A DNA stretch of 64,000 nucleotides from Vulcanimicrobiota bacterium (GTDB taxonomy: Bacteria > Vulcanimicrobiota > Xenobia > Xenobiales > JADMJV01): assembly GCA_019637395.1 (NCBI GenBank), contig JAHBVR010000005.1, positions 65,312-129,311 of the forward strand, given 5' to 3'. Below, piece after piece: positions 44,083-55,950 of this stretch (positions are counted from its first letter, which is position 1; each line of letters starts with the position of its first letter). Position numbers and translations under genes: made by a program. The notes beneath the pieces were generated by a model. That model had not been told where the DNA came from, ran no database searches, and worked only from the letters and a program-made list of their open reading frames with translations.

Positions 44083-46743
44083 ATGCGACTGTCGCTCTCC
44101 CGTGCCCTGGCCGGCCTGTCCACTCGCCACCCGAGGGCGGTGGTCCTGGCGGCCATGGCTTCGGCTCTTTTCTGCCTGCTGACGGCCCTGCAAGGTCTCA
44201 GTTTCACCGTCGAGCGCACCGACATGCTGGCTCCCAACCATCCCGTGCAGCGAAACTGGCGGGCTTACCGCCAGGAATTCGGCAATCTCTCGGACTATGT
44301 GGTGATGGTCAAAGGGGATCCCGAAAAGGCCAGATTGGCCGTCGAGGACCTGGGCCAGCGACTCAAGGCCGAACCACAGACTTTTAGCAACGTTCTCTAC
44401 CGATTTGACCTGCCCGATCTGCTCAAGTCGTCGCTCTACTATATCTCCTTGCCCAGCCTTCATGCTTTAGAAGAGCAGTTGGAGCGGGGGCATCAACTGC
44501 TGGCCCCGCTTTCGGCGCGCAACGGCCTGGAGGCCTTGCTGCGCAGCCTGGCTCGTCCCAGTTCGGCGCGCCAGGTGGCCGGCCGCCTGGGCCCCTCTCT
44601 GCCTATCATGAATAAAGTGCTGGAATCGCTGGTCGTCTGTCTGGAGAGTCGGGGCGAGTGGTCCGCGCCTTCGTTTTCGACCGAGATTACCTCCGATTTG
44701 CCTGACCTGCAGGAGCTGGGGATTAAACCGGGACAAAAAAGTTTTTATATGACCGTGGACGGCGGTCATGCTTATGTGCTGCTCCTCAGCGCCCGAGATT
44801 CTTCCGGCAACTACGCCACCAGTCTGTTCACCATCGCGCGCTTGCGCGCTCTGGCCGAGCAGGTCCGCCGCCAGCATTTTGACGTCGAGGTCATGGTCAG
44901 TGGCGAGCCGGTCATCAACGCCGATGAAACCCAGATGGCCTTGCGCGACGCGCTGCGCGCTTCGCTCTACGCCTTCGCGCTGGTGGGACTGCTGCTCATG
45001 GTGGTGTTCCGGGCCGTGCGCAAGCCGGCCGCCGTGATGCTTTCCATGCTGGTGGGAATTTGTTGGACCTCGGCCCTGGCCGCCTGGACTCTGGGCGAAA
45101 TCAACCTGCTCACGATTAACTATGTGACCATGTTGGTGGGCCTGGGCATGAGTTTCGGGATTCACATCCTCTACCGTTTCCAGCTGGAACGCTCCATCGG
45201 ATTGGAGCCCGCCCAGGCCATCCGCAGCACCCTGGGAATGGAACGAGGCAACTTCGTGGGCGCTCTCTCCACCGCTGTGGCCTTCTGGGCGCTTTATTTC
45301 ACATCATTTCGGGCCGCCGGCCAGCTGGGTCTGGTGACGGGCAGCGGCATGCTGCTCTGCTATCTATCCAATGTGACCACCCTGCCCTCGCTCTTGATGT
45401 TGCTGGACCAGGGACGCCAGGAGTTCTGCCCTCACTGGCGCTGGATGAGCCTTACCAATTCATGGATCCTGGCCCGCCGTAAGTGGGTTTTATTGGGCTC
45501 GCTGATCGTCAGTCTGTATAGCCTGAGCTGGGTGACGCGCATTCCCTTCGATTACAACCTGATGAATATCCAGGCAGACAATGCGCCGGCTCTCTCGGTG
45601 GAACGTTACCTGCAGCGCTATCAATTCTCCGCCCTCTACGGCGTGTTGATCGCCGACAATCTGGAGGAAGCGCGCCAATTGAGCCGTCGCCTCGAGATTC
45701 AACCTACCGTGGGGAGGGTCGCTTCGGTCACTTCTTTCGAGCCGCGTTCCGTCGAAGAGAAGCGACCGGTAGTGGAACGGCTGATCGAGTTGGGACAGGG
45801 TTTGGAGCTACCGAGCTTTCCGCCCATCCGCACTGGTGAGCAATTGGAAAACCTGTATGCCGCCTACCTGGCCGCCCGGCGCCAGACCAAGGTGGCCCTC
45901 AAAGTCTGGCGCACCAGTCCCCTCCGTCAGGAAGCTGATCGTTTCGAAGCCCTGCTCAATCGCCTGGATGCCGCGCTGGACGCGGACAATCCCGGACCGA
46001 TGCAGGACGCCATGAAGGCGTTCGAGCGTCACGAGATCGGTCAGGTGACTTTGGAGCTGGCGTTGCTGAAACAACAGAGCGGCCAGCCGCCCCAGGTCCT
46101 TCCCTCCTTGCCGCCCGCTCTGGTCAGCCGGGTGGTCTCACCGCGGGGGCGTATCAGCTTGCGAGTTTTTCCACGAGAGAATTGCTGGGAGCGCGACGCG
46201 CTGGGACGCTTCGTGAAGAACCTTCGGCACATCGACCGCAATGCCACCGGCTACGCGGTGCTTGTCTATTACTATCTGGAAGACATGCGCAAAGCCTACA
46301 TTCAGTCCGGCCGCAATGCGCTGGTGGTGATCTTCGTGCTGCTGATCTTTCACTTCCGCTCGCTGTCTACAGCCATGCTGGCTATGTTCCCCAAACTGCT
46401 GGGAGTGCTCTGGATGATCGGGGCCATGGGCTGGCTGGGAGTCGGCTTCAACCCCATCAATTTTCTGTCCTTACCGCTCACCTTGGGAATTGGTTTGATC
46501 TTCGGTCTGCACGTGCTGGAAGCTCGCCACCATTGCCTTTTTCGCGACAGCACCGGACCGGCCATCGTGCTCTCCGGACTGGCCACCATGATTGGCTTTG
46601 CCACCGTGCTGACGGCCGAGCATAAAGGAGTGGCCAGCTTCGGCCTGTTGATGGTGCTGGGGGTCGGTGCCAACCTGTTGAGCAGCGTAATCACCCTGCC
46701 CGCTCTGCTGAAGAGCGAGCCGGGCTTGCTGGAGCCGGAGTAA
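44083..46743 (+). CDS. MMPL/RND-superfamily exporter (HpnN-like; two 6-TM bundles with periplasmic domains)
   Basis: 886 aa. Topology and motifs are typical of MMPL/RND transporters. Confidence 0.75.
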   Translation: MRLSLSRALAGLSTRHPRAVVLAAMASALFCLLTALQGLSFTVERTDMLAPNHPVQRNWRAYRQEFGNLSDYVVMVKGDPEKARLAVEDLGQRLKAEPQTFSNVLYRFDLPDLLKSSLYYISLPSLHALEEQLERGHQLLAPLSARNGLEALLRSLARPSSARQVAGRLGPSLPIMNKVLESLVVCLESRGEWSAPSFSTEITSDLPDLQELGIKPGQKSFYMTVDGGHAYVLLLSARDSSGNYATSLFTIARLRALAEQVRRQHFDVEVMVSGEPVINADETQMALRDALRASLYAFALVGLLLMVVFRAVRKPAAVMLSMLVGICWTSALAAWTLGEINLLTINYVTMLVGLGMSFGIHILYRFQLERSIGLEPAQAIRSTLGMERGNFVGALSTAVAFWALYFTSFRAAGQLGLVTGSGMLLCYLSNVTTLPSLLMLLDQGRQEFCPHWRWMSLTNSWILARRKWVLLGSLIVSLYSLSWVTRIPFDYNLMNIQADNAPALSVERYLQRYQFSALYGVLIADNLEEARQLSRRLEIQPTVGRVASVTSFEPRSVEEKRPVVERLIELGQGLELPSFPPIRTGEQLENLYAAYLAARRQTKVALKVWRTSPLRQEADRFEALLNRLDAALDADNPGPMQDAMKAFERHEIGQVTLELALLKQQSGQPPQVLPSLPPALVSRVVSPRGRISLRVFPRENCWERDALGRFVKNLRHIDRNATGYAVLVYYYLEDMRKAYIQSGRNALVVIFVLLIFHFRSLSTAMLAMFPKLLGVLWMIGAMGWLGVGFNPINFLSLPLTLGIGLIFGLHVLEARHHCLFRDSTGPAIVLSGLATMIGFATVLTAEHKGVASFGLLMVLGVGANLLSSVITLPALLKSEPGLLEPE

Positions 46744-46749
46744 GTCTGC

Positions 46750-47220
46750 TTACTGCTGGGGTTTGGCGGCGGCCTTGAAGGCCATCAGGCCCCCCATCAG
46801 AGCGGCCGACACGCCCAGCGTGGCTGCCAGAACCGGGCTGCCGCTGCTGGTCAGAAAGGCCTGGGTGATGCCGGCGCCGGCCCCCAGCAGACCGCCCACG
46901 ATGCCCCCACCAATGGCCCGATATTCACTGCTGCTGGGGCCGAACTTCTCGGCGGCGATCCCGCCCAGGAGGGCGCCTCCCACGGCCAGGCCGGGAATCG
47001 AGCAGAGGGCCACGGCTTCGGCCACGAATCCGCCGTGCAGGCCGGCGGCCACGCCCAGGGCGGCTCCGCCGAGCACGCAACCACCGGCAATGGCTACTTT
47101 AGAGTAAGAGATATCCACCTGGTCCGGCTGATCCGGCTGGGGGGGAGTGCTCGGAATCTGAGGCTTGTTGTTCTGGGGAACTTTGTTCAGCGTGAACTGT
47201 GGGGCTGCGGTGACTTTCAT
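46750..47220 (-). CDS. glycine-zipper membrane protein
   Basis: GxxxG-rich hydrophobic repeats (GGALLGGIAA..., GGIVGGLLGAGAG). Confidence 0.4.
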   Translation of the reverse strand: MKVTAAPQFTLNKVPQNNKPQIPSTPPQPDQPDQVDISYSKVAIAGGCVLGGAALGVAAGLHGGFVAEAVALCSIPGLAVGGALLGGIAAEKFGPSSSEYRAIGGGIVGGLLGAGAGITQAFLTSSGSPVLAATLGVSAALMGGLMAFKAAAKPQQ

Positions 47221-47425
47221 TGGTGTGCTTCCTCTATATCTGTTTTTGTCAGTAATTGTCAGGCCGAAATCGAAGGTTCGGACTTATCATCTGGATTGTA
47301 TGCACGGGTCAAACACCATGCATGGGCATTTGTGTGAACTTTTCGCCGGGGGGAATTCCCTGGCCGGCGGGAGAACGCAAAATTTAGACAAGACCTGTAT
47401 CTTACCGATACACTGGAGGACATGA

Positions 47426-48673
47426 ATGCAAAAAGTCGCTCGCACACTAATAGCTGGCTTGCTGGTCAGCCTGCCCAGTTGGGCCCAGAATGTTTTTCCC
47501 CCGGCCAATTCCACTATCACTCAGATGCGCCCCTCGATTGGCTGCGATTGGGGCGGCGGCGCTCGCAACCTGCAACTGATCATCGACGGCCGGGATTGGA
47601 CCCAGGAGGCCAACAAGAATGGCGGCCGCATCGACCTCAACCCGATCTTCGACGTCGGTTACGGCACCCATACCGTGGAGTCGCGGGCCACCGGGCTGCT
47701 CGGGTTGCCCGTGGCCAAGACCTGGACCTTCACTATCGTCAACCCGAACGGCAACGTCCCCGTCAATTCCAACAACCCGGCCACCCGGACCTATCCGCTG
47801 GCCGACAGCGTCGTCAATGAGACCCGGCCGCGCATCAGCGCCGATTTCCCGGAGAACCTGCGCGCCGCTCGCGCTTACCTGGACGGCCAGGAAGTTCCGG
47901 CTGGTATCAACGGCAATAACGTCGCCTTCACGCCGCAGGTTGACCTGTCTCGCGGAACCCACCAGGTCAGTACCGAAGTGACTTACCTGTCGGGCGCTCG
48001 GGTGACCCAGAACTGGACGTTCAACGTGCGCCCGACGAACCAGGGCAACAACAATAACCTCGGCAACGGGCAGTTTACCAATTTTTCCCCCCCCCAGAAT
48101 GGACAGGTGAACAACTCCCGGCCTCTGCTCTCGGCCGACTTCGGCGTGGTAATGGATAATCTGCGCATCTACGTGGACAAGAACGAGGTTACCAACCAGG
48201 CTCAGATTACCAGCAACCGCATTTCCTGGAACCCGACCTATGACTTGAATCCCGGGCTTCACTGGGTCCGCCTCGAAGGACGCCAGACCAGCAACAACCA
48301 GTTCGTGAGCACGGAATGGCAGTTCGAGGTCAACGGTCGGAATGGCGGCTGGAACAACAATCCTGGCAACCAGAACGACTCCGTCAACTTCGGCGTGGAC
48401 AGCCCCAGCCAGGGCGCCCGCGTGAGTAATAGTTTTCGCGTGTCAGGCAGCGCCCGCCCCGATGCCACCGTGCGCATCTCGGTCAAGCCGCTGCCGAACA
48501 AAAATAAGGTGGCCAGTTTCTCGGGCAAGGCCGACGCCAGGGGCTACTACAGTATCCCGGTCGCGCCCACCTGGGCCACCCGGGGCCAGCGCCTGGAGGT
48601 CACTACCACGATGCTGGACCGTCGTGGTCGGGTCCTGGCGGACCCGGTCGTGATCCAGGTCATCCGCAGGTAG
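47426..48673 (+). CDS. secreted protein with three tandem ~100-aa repeats
   Basis: Signal peptide MQKVARTLIAGLLVSLPSWAQ. Three repeats, each with a conserved GTH and an internal (T/N)W(T/Q)F motif. Confidence 0.55.
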   Translation: MQKVARTLIAGLLVSLPSWAQNVFPPANSTITQMRPSIGCDWGGGARNLQLIIDGRDWTQEANKNGGRIDLNPIFDVGYGTHTVESRATGLLGLPVAKTWTFTIVNPNGNVPVNSNNPATRTYPLADSVVNETRPRISADFPENLRAARAYLDGQEVPAGINGNNVAFTPQVDLSRGTHQVSTEVTYLSGARVTQNWTFNVRPTNQGNNNNLGNGQFTNFSPPQNGQVNNSRPLLSADFGVVMDNLRIYVDKNEVTNQAQITSNRISWNPTYDLNPGLHWVRLEGRQTSNNQFVSTEWQFEVNGRNGGWNNNPGNQNDSVNFGVDSPSQGARVSNSFRVSGSARPDATVRISVKPLPNKNKVASFSGKADARGYYSIPVAPTWATRGQRLEVTTTMLDRRGRVLADPVVIQVIRR

Positions 48674-48680
48674 GCGAGAG

Positions 48681-48710
48681 GAGAGGGACTCGCTCTCACG
48701 CGAGTCCCTC
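48681..48710. terminator. possible bidirectional terminator between convergent genes
   Basis: Perfect 11-bp stem GAGGGACTCGC/GCGAGTCCCTC. Confidence 0.45.
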
Positions 48711-48717
48711 TCTGCCC

Positions 48718-50559
48718 CTATTTGGGCGGTGCGATTTTTTCCGGCGAGCGCCACAGGCGCGAGACCAGCAGTTCCTTCTCCATCAAGAAGTCCAGCGGCA
48801 GCTTGTCCTTCAGGGTGATGAAGAATTGCTCATGGGCCACCGTCTGAGCCTTGAAGGCTTCCCGATCCAAGGTTTGCAGGCGGTTGAATTGCTCGCGGCT
48901 GTAATCCAGGCCGGTCCAGTCCAGGTCGCGATAGCGCGGCATCCAGCCCAGCGGAGTTTCCACACCGTAGCCGTGACCCTGGGCCCGCTCCACAATCCAC
49001 TTGAGCACGCGCATATTCTGGCCGTACCCGGGCCACATAAATTGGCCCGCTTCGTCTTTGGCGAACCAGTTGACGCGGAAGATGCGGGGCGGCTCGGGGA
49101 GCTTGCGTCCGATGGTAAGCCAGTGGTCAAAATATTCCGCCATGTGGTAGCCGCAGAAGGGGAGCATGGCCATGGGGTCGCGGCGGAAGTCGCCCACCTT
49201 GCCGGCCGCCGCGGCCGTTTTTTCTGAGCCGAGGGTGGCCGCCAGGTAGACGCCGTGGCCCCAGTTGAAGGCCTGATAGACCAGTGGTTGGTTCTGGCTG
49301 GCCCGGCCTCCGAAGATAAAGGCCTTGATGGGGACGCCGTTGGGATCTTCCCAGGCCGGGTCGATGGTGGGGCATTGCGAGGCCGGCGAAGTAAAGCGCG
49401 AATTGGGATGGGCCGCTTTGCGTCCGCAGCCCGGGGTCCATTCCTGGCCGGTCCAGTCGATCAACTTCTCCGGCGGATTCTCGGTCATCCCCTCCCACCA
49501 CACGTCACCATCGGGAGTCAGCGCCACGTTGGTGAAGATCGAGTTCTTCGAACACGATTCCATGGCCATGGAGTTACTCTCCACGCTGGTTCCCGGAGCC
49601 ACGCCGAAGAAGCCGGCCTCCGGGTTGATGGCGTGTAGAGCCCCGTCCTCGCCGGGCTTGATCCAGGCGATGTCGTCGCCCACCGTAAAGACTTTCCAGC
49701 CCTCGAATCCCTTGGGCGGAATCATCATGGCGAAATTGGTCTTGCCGCAGGCCGAGGGGAAGGCGGCCGCCACATAGGTTTTCTCGCCCTGGGGCGATTC
49801 CACGCCGAGAATCAGCATGTGCTCGGCCAACCAGCCCTCGTCGCGACCCATCACCGAAGCGATACGCAGGGCCAGGCATTTTTTGCCGAGCAGCGCGTTG
49901 CCGCCGTAGCCGGAGCCATAGCTCCAAATTTCCCGGTCCTCGGGAAAGTGCACGATGTATTTCTGCTTGTGGTTGCAGGGCCAGGGAACGTCCAGTTCGC
50001 CGGGCGAGAGAGGCAAGCCCACCGAGTGTACGCAGGGTACGAAGGTGCCGTTTTTGCCGAGCACATCCCAGACGGCCGAGCCCATTCGGGTCATGATTTT
50101 CATGCTGACGACCACGTAGGGGGAGTCGGTGACCTGCACGCCGATGCGGGCAATATGGGAACCGATGGGGCCCATGCTGAAGGGGACCACGTACATGGTC
50201 CGCCCCTTCATGCAGCCGGTAAACAGGCCCTTAAGGCGTTCGCGCATCTCCTTGGGGTCGACCCAGTTGTTGGTGGGCCCGGCGTCTTTCTCGAAGCGCG
50301 AGCAAATGAAGGTACGGTCTTCCACGCGAGCCACATCGTCCGGATGGGATCTGGCCAGGAAACTGTTGGGGCGCTTTTCGGGATTGAGGCGAATGAAGGT
50401 GCCGGCATCCACCATCTGGGAACACAGGCGGTCGTATTCTTCCTGCGAGCCGTCACACCAACAGATGGCTTCGGGTTGGCACAGCTCCTTCATTCGACCC
50501 ACCCAGTCGAGAACTTCCTGGTGCTGACAATTGCCGGGTGGACTCATTAAAACGGGCAT
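48718..50559 (-). CDS. pckG: phosphoenolpyruvate carboxykinase (GTP)
   Basis: Full-length colinear match to GTP-PEPCK, including the kinase-1a region [14 protein letters not shown]. Confidence 0.9.
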   Translation of the reverse strand: MPVLMSPPGNCQHQEVLDWVGRMKELCQPEAICWCDGSQEEYDRLCSQMVDAGTFIRLNPEKRPNSFLARSHPDDVARVEDRTFICSRFEKDAGPTNNWVDPKEMRERLKGLFTGCMKGRTMYVVPFSMGPIGSHIARIGVQVTDSPYVVVSMKIMTRMGSAVWDVLGKNGTFVPCVHSVGLPLSPGELDVPWPCNHKQKYIVHFPEDREIWSYGSGYGGNALLGKKCLALRIASVMGRDEGWLAEHMLILGVESPQGEKTYVAAAFPSACGKTNFAMMIPPKGFEGWKVFTVGDDIAWIKPGEDGALHAINPEAGFFGVAPGTSVESNSMAMESCSKNSIFTNVALTPDGDVWWEGMTENPPEKLIDWTGQEWTPGCGRKAAHPNSRFTSPASQCPTIDPAWEDPNGVPIKAFIFGGRASQNQPLVYQAFNWGHGVYLAATLGSEKTAAAAGKVGDFRRDPMAMLPFCGYHMAEYFDHWLTIGRKLPEPPRIFRVNWFAKDEAGQFMWPGYGQNMRVLKWIVERAQGHGYGVETPLGWMPRYRDLDWTGLDYSREQFNRLQTLDREAFKAQTVAHEQFFITLKDKLPLDFLMEKELLVSRLWRSPEKIAPPK

Positions 50560-50649
50560 GAAGGGACCTCTTCCATTGGGAAAATTGTCCCGGGGGCTTC
50601 CTTACCGCGCCTGCTTCACCCTCCTGCAGGATACGACTGGACACACTAA

Positions 50650-52140
<1,491 letters not shown>

Positions 52141-52164
52141 CCTGCCGGGGAAGAAGTTCTTGGA

Positions 52165-52487
52165 ATGGAGATTCCACCGATACTCCAGGAAAGACTTCCC
52201 ATGGACGAACTGCTGGCCTATTGCCGGCGTCACCCTGTCATCGAAGGACTCTATGTTTTTGGTTCGGTGCTGAATGACTGGCGCCCCGACAGCGATGTGG
52301 ATCTGCTGGTGCGTTTTCCCGCGGAGCGATTTCCCGACTATTCGGACATTTGCGATATGCGTGACGAGCTGGCGGCACTCATCGGACGCGAAGTCGATCT
52401 GATTCCCACCGATTGGGTCGACAATCCTTCGTGAAAGCGCACATCCGTAAGACCAGGGTGCTCGTCTATGGCGCCTGAGGAACGTGA
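52165..52487 (+). pseudogene. MNT-type minimal nucleotidyltransferase (antitoxin-like) with a 3' frameshift and no HEPN partner
   Basis: YVFGSVLNDWRPDSDVDLLVRF ... REVDLIP. The ORF then stops (..VDNPS*). The next frame continues IRKTRVLVYGA*, matching the usual MNT C-terminus. Confidence 0.45.
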
Positions 52488-52599
52488 CCCCGCCTTGCTC
52501 TAACCCTCTTGGGGAGCGATCTCTCTACGAATTTTAAAAGACATAGAACGGACAAACTGGTGTAAACACACGGTCCAGCTCTGGAGCTAAGCTGCGGCC

Positions 52600-53511
52600 A
52601 TGAGTCAGGGGCAGACCGACTACGATCTCCACTGGAAGATCGCCATTACCCAATACTTCAGGGCCTTTCTGGAATTCTTCTTTCCCCGCATCGCCGCCGA
52701 AATCGACTGGGGGCGCGCCTGGGCGCCATTGGACAAAGAACTCCTCCCCGGCAGAGGGGATGACGAGGTCGGGGCCCGGGAGGCCGACCTGCTTTTTCGT
52801 GTCTATCGGAATACCGGTGAAGAGAGTTGGGTCCTGATTCATCTCGAGATTCAGGCCACCCGGCAGGCTCTTCAGGTTTTCGAGGAGCGCGTGTGGGTCT
52901 ATGCTGCTCGGACCCGGCTGCGCTACCACAGGAAGGTGTGCAGCCTGGCGATTCTGGCCGACCTCAGCCCCTCCTGGAGGCCCCATTGTTTCTTGGAGGA
53001 ACTGTGGGGGTGCCGAATGAGTCTGTCTTTTCCCACCGTCAAGCTACTCGACCTGGAGAAGACACTGGGCCCCCTTTCCGACAACCCCTTTTCCTGGATC
53101 GTGCGCTTCCATTTGGCGGCCAAGCGCTCCAAGGCCGGCGGGGTCCAGCGACGCAGCTACAAACGGGCCTACCTCCTGGCTTTCTGGAGAGCCGTGCGCC
53201 AGGGACTGCTCGACCGCAAGGATGTCAACAAGCTCAGGACTATCGAGAATATGATCGACGGCCTCTTGTCACTCAGCCACGAGAACGATAAGCTTTTCAG
53301 GAAAGAGCTGGAACGAGATGAGGAGATTGGCCAGATGAAAAAGCAGATGCCCCGGCTGACGATGTTTGAACGCTGGGCCCGCGAGGATGCCCTCGAGGAA
53401 GGGCGGCGATGGGCCGAGCAGGAGCGGCAGCGGGCAGACGAGGAGCGGCAGCGGGCCGAGCGTTTCGCTCAGAAGCTGCGTGAGTTGGGAGTCGATCCAG
53501 GTAGCCTGTAG
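52600..53511 (+). CDS. Rpn/YhgA-like PD-(D/E)XK nuclease-family protein (putative transposase_31 / DUF4351-type)
   Basis: DYDLHWKIAITQYFRAFLEFFFP...WVLIHLEIQ...RVWVYAARTRLRY matches from memory the conserved N-terminus of this family. Confidence 0.5.
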   Translation: MSQGQTDYDLHWKIAITQYFRAFLEFFFPRIAAEIDWGRAWAPLDKELLPGRGDDEVGAREADLLFRVYRNTGEESWVLIHLEIQATRQALQVFEERVWVYAARTRLRYHRKVCSLAILADLSPSWRPHCFLEELWGCRMSLSFPTVKLLDLEKTLGPLSDNPFSWIVRFHLAAKRSKAGGVQRRSYKRAYLLAFWRAVRQGLLDRKDVNKLRTIENMIDGLLSLSHENDKLFRKELERDEEIGQMKKQMPRLTMFERWAREDALEEGRRWAEQERQRADEERQRAERFAQKLRELGVDPGSL

Positions 53512-53515
53512 CCGG

Positions 53516-54343
53516 CTAACCTACGATCTGGCGAACCACCAGGCTGGCGCAGAAATTGCCGAAAGTGCCGGTCACAAAACCGGCGGTGCCGTAGATGACC
53601 GAGCGCTCCTCGCAAGAATGGAGGTCGTTTTTTCCACCCGGGCACACGCAACGAAAGCCCTTGCCCTCGTCGTAGTGCAGTTCGTGGGGTTCGGCGGCCG
53701 GTTCGGTGGAGAAGACGGCCGGGATGTCGAACTTGCCCTTGGCCGGAAAGCCATACTTGGCACGCAAGATCTTGCGCACGGCCGAGGCTAACGGGTCCAC
53801 TCGAGTCTCCGCGAGATCGCCTACTTTGATGTGGGAGGGGTCGATGCGGCCCGAGGCGCCGGTGCTGCAGATCACCTTCAGATGGCGTTCACGGCAGGTG
53901 GCCAGCAGATGGCATTTGGCCGTGATATTGTCGATACAGTCGATCACGTAATCGGGCTGGCGCTCCAGTAGCATGGCCGAGGTGCGTTCGTTATAAAAGT
54001 GACGGATGGCTTCGATTTCGGCCTGCGGATTGATCTTCTGCAGGCGCTCGGCCAGGATGTCGGCCTTGAACTTGCCGATGGTCCCCTGCATGGCCTGGAG
54101 CTGGCGGTTGCTGTTGGTGATACACACCTTGTCAAAATCCACCAAGCACAACCGACCCACCCCGGAACGGCACAAAGCCTCGGCTGCAAACGAACCGACT
54201 CCGCCCAGACCGATCACCATCACCTTGGCGCCCAACAAACGCGCCATTTTATCATCCCCCACCAGGCGGCCGATACGATCAAAGCGCCGGTGCAGGCGAT
54301 AATTGTCCTCGACTTCCAAATCGAGGTCGGTGGTCAGGGTCAT
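53516..54343 (-). CDS. tcdA: tRNA threonylcarbamoyladenosine dehydratase (ThiF/MoeB-family E1-like)
   Basis: VMVIGLGGVGSFAAEALCRSGVGRLCLVDFDKVCITNSNRQ. Confidence 0.75.
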   Translation of the reverse strand: MTLTTDLDLEVEDNYRLHRRFDRIGRLVGDDKMARLLGAKVMVIGLGGVGSFAAEALCRSGVGRLCLVDFDKVCITNSNRQLQAMQGTIGKFKADILAERLQKINPQAEIEAIRHFYNERTSAMLLERQPDYVIDCIDNITAKCHLLATCRERHLKVICSTGASGRIDPSHIKVGDLAETRVDPLASAVRKILRAKYGFPAKGKFDIPAVFSTEPAAEPHELHYDEGKGFRCVCPGGKNDLHSCEERSVIYGTAGFVTGTFGNFCASLVVRQIVG

Positions 54344-54481
54344 GCTCAGCTCCTAAGTTTTTCTAAGCCCCAAATTGCCCCCCGCCTTGCGGTTGGTCGC
54401 CAGCAAGCTGGCTCCACTCCCGCGTGCTGTTAGTGGGGCAATTCGGGGCACATCCTGGTAAGCGGCTATCCGCTGCGCGGA

Positions 54482-55198
54482 CTAGCCTTTGAATTGGCGT
54501 CCCCCCGCCATTCCCCTCTCGATCCCGAGGAAGCGAAAAAGGTTGGTCTGAAACAGGTCGGGCTGCAGCGGTTGGACCTGCTGCCAGGCTTCCAGCACCG
54601 GGCGCAAGTCCAGCAGCGAGGCTCCACGGGAGGGGGCGTCGGTCTCGATGAGCACCCGATCCAGCGGAAGGTGACGCATCAAGTCACTGCGCGATAGAGC
54701 ATGGGGGCCGAGCGAGAGATAGTCTCCTCGCCTCAACCAGGCCTGAGCGTCGGCCGGGCTGCCCAAGAAGCCGTGAATCATGCAGCGCACCTCGGGAAAG
54801 GCATCCATCTCCTGCAGCAGAGCCTGGTGAGCGCGCACGCAGTGCAGCACCACCGGCTTTTTCCAACGTTTGGCCAGTTTCAACTGCTGCCGCAGAACCA
54901 GTTTTTGGAGTTCGCGCCCCTCCGGGTCGCGGGCGCGATAAAAATCCAGGCCGCATTCTCCGATGGCCACCGCTTCCGTCACGAATTTTTCCAACCCCTC
55001 ACAGCCTTGCTCGGCATACCAGGGGTGCAGGCCCTGCGCTAAAAGCACCCCGGGACTCCGAGATAATTCGCGCTGGAGGGCCCAACTGGCGCGATCCGAG
55101 GCGCAGCTCAGCCAGCCGTGAATTCCCTGACGGCGGGCGCTTTCCAGCCGGGCGGGCAGGTCTTCGACCTGGGCCAGGTGACAGTGACAGTCCCACAT
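54482..55198 (-). CDS. tatD: TatD-family metal-dependent hydrolase
   Basis: MWDCHCHL start and TatD motifs. The longer ORF start overlaps the upstream gene and is rejected. Confidence 0.75.
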   Translation of the reverse strand: MWDCHCHLAQVEDLPARLESARRQGIHGWLSCASDRASWALQRELSRSPGVLLAQGLHPWYAEQGCEGLEKFVTEAVAIGECGLDFYRARDPEGRELQKLVLRQQLKLAKRWKKPVVLHCVRAHQALLQEMDAFPEVRCMIHGFLGSPADAQAWLRRGDYLSLGPHALSRSDLMRHLPLDRVLIETDAPSRGASLLDLRPVLEAWQQVQPLQPDLFQTNLFRFLGIERGMAGGRQFKG

Positions 55199-55199
55199 T

Positions 55200-55940
55200 T
55201 TAGACGTCTTTGAGGTTGCGCGATTTTCTGACCTTCTGAATAAAGGGACCGTTGCCCAGAGCGCGGCTCCGCCCCAGCAAGTAAACCAGCGAGGCGCCGT
55301 AGTCGGGATCGCTATGACGAGTGATCCGTTGGGCCTCGGAGGTATGGCCACCGGACATCAGGTATTGGTATTGCACCCAACAGGCCATCCCCTCGGTGAG
55401 GGCGCGGTCTTGTTGAATACAGGCCCGGCTCTCCCAGGCGTGGGTCAGCTCGTGAGCCAGATGGGAACCGCTCTCCACCTCGGTTTCCCCGGTCAGCAAA
55501 TAGACCATCTCCGGATTATAGGGCCGGTAAAAAGCCACCACATCCACGGCCCGCCCGCTTTCGTTGAATTTGGTGCGCAGTTCGTCGTAGTCGACCAGTT
55601 GGATCGGCGGCAAAGTCTTGGCTTCGGCCCCCAGCAGGCCGGCCATGTAGCTCTGCACCTGGGTGGCCAGCGCGGCCACCTTGCCTTTATCGAACATGCC
55701 GGTCTTCAGGCAGCTGGGGCAGATGAAACGGCCGTCTCGGTAGGCGGGCCTGGAACTGGGGTTAGCGCACAGCGAACAATTGGGCAGGGAGGAACGGCAC
55801 TTGGAGCAGACCTGGTAGAGGCCGTCGCGATAGCTGAAAGGCTGCAGGTCCACATTGCCCTTGCAGTAGCGGCAGGCTTGCTGCGCCAGGCCCAGCCCGC
55901 CCAAGAAAAGCACCAGAAAAAAGAAAAGAGACCGCATCAT
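55200..55940 (-). CDS. secreted Cys-rich (LIM-like zinc-finger) HExxH protein, DA1-like peptidase candidate
   Basis: Signal peptide. CxxC x4 cluster (CRYCKG..CSKCRSS..CSLC..CPSC). HELTHAW plus downstream EGMACWVQYQY. Confidence 0.45.
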   Translation of the reverse strand: MMRSLFFFLVLFLGGLGLAQQACRYCKGNVDLQPFSYRDGLYQVCSKCRSSLPNCSLCANPSSRPAYRDGRFICPSCLKTGMFDKGKVAALATQVQSYMAGLLGAEAKTLPPIQLVDYDELRTKFNESGRAVDVVAFYRPYNPEMVYLLTGETEVESGSHLAHELTHAWESRACIQQDRALTEGMACWVQYQYLMSGGHTSEAQRITRHSDPDYGASLVYLLGRSRALGNGPFIQKVRKSRNLKDV

Positions 55941-55950
55941 CTCGCGGCGG

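Noticed and set aside
52431-52487. Short ORF VKAHIRKTRVLVYGA considered as a HEPN/HepT remnant
   Set aside because: It matches the C-terminal tail of MNT nucleotidyltransferases rather than HepT. It is interpreted as the frameshifted 3' end of the MNT gene.
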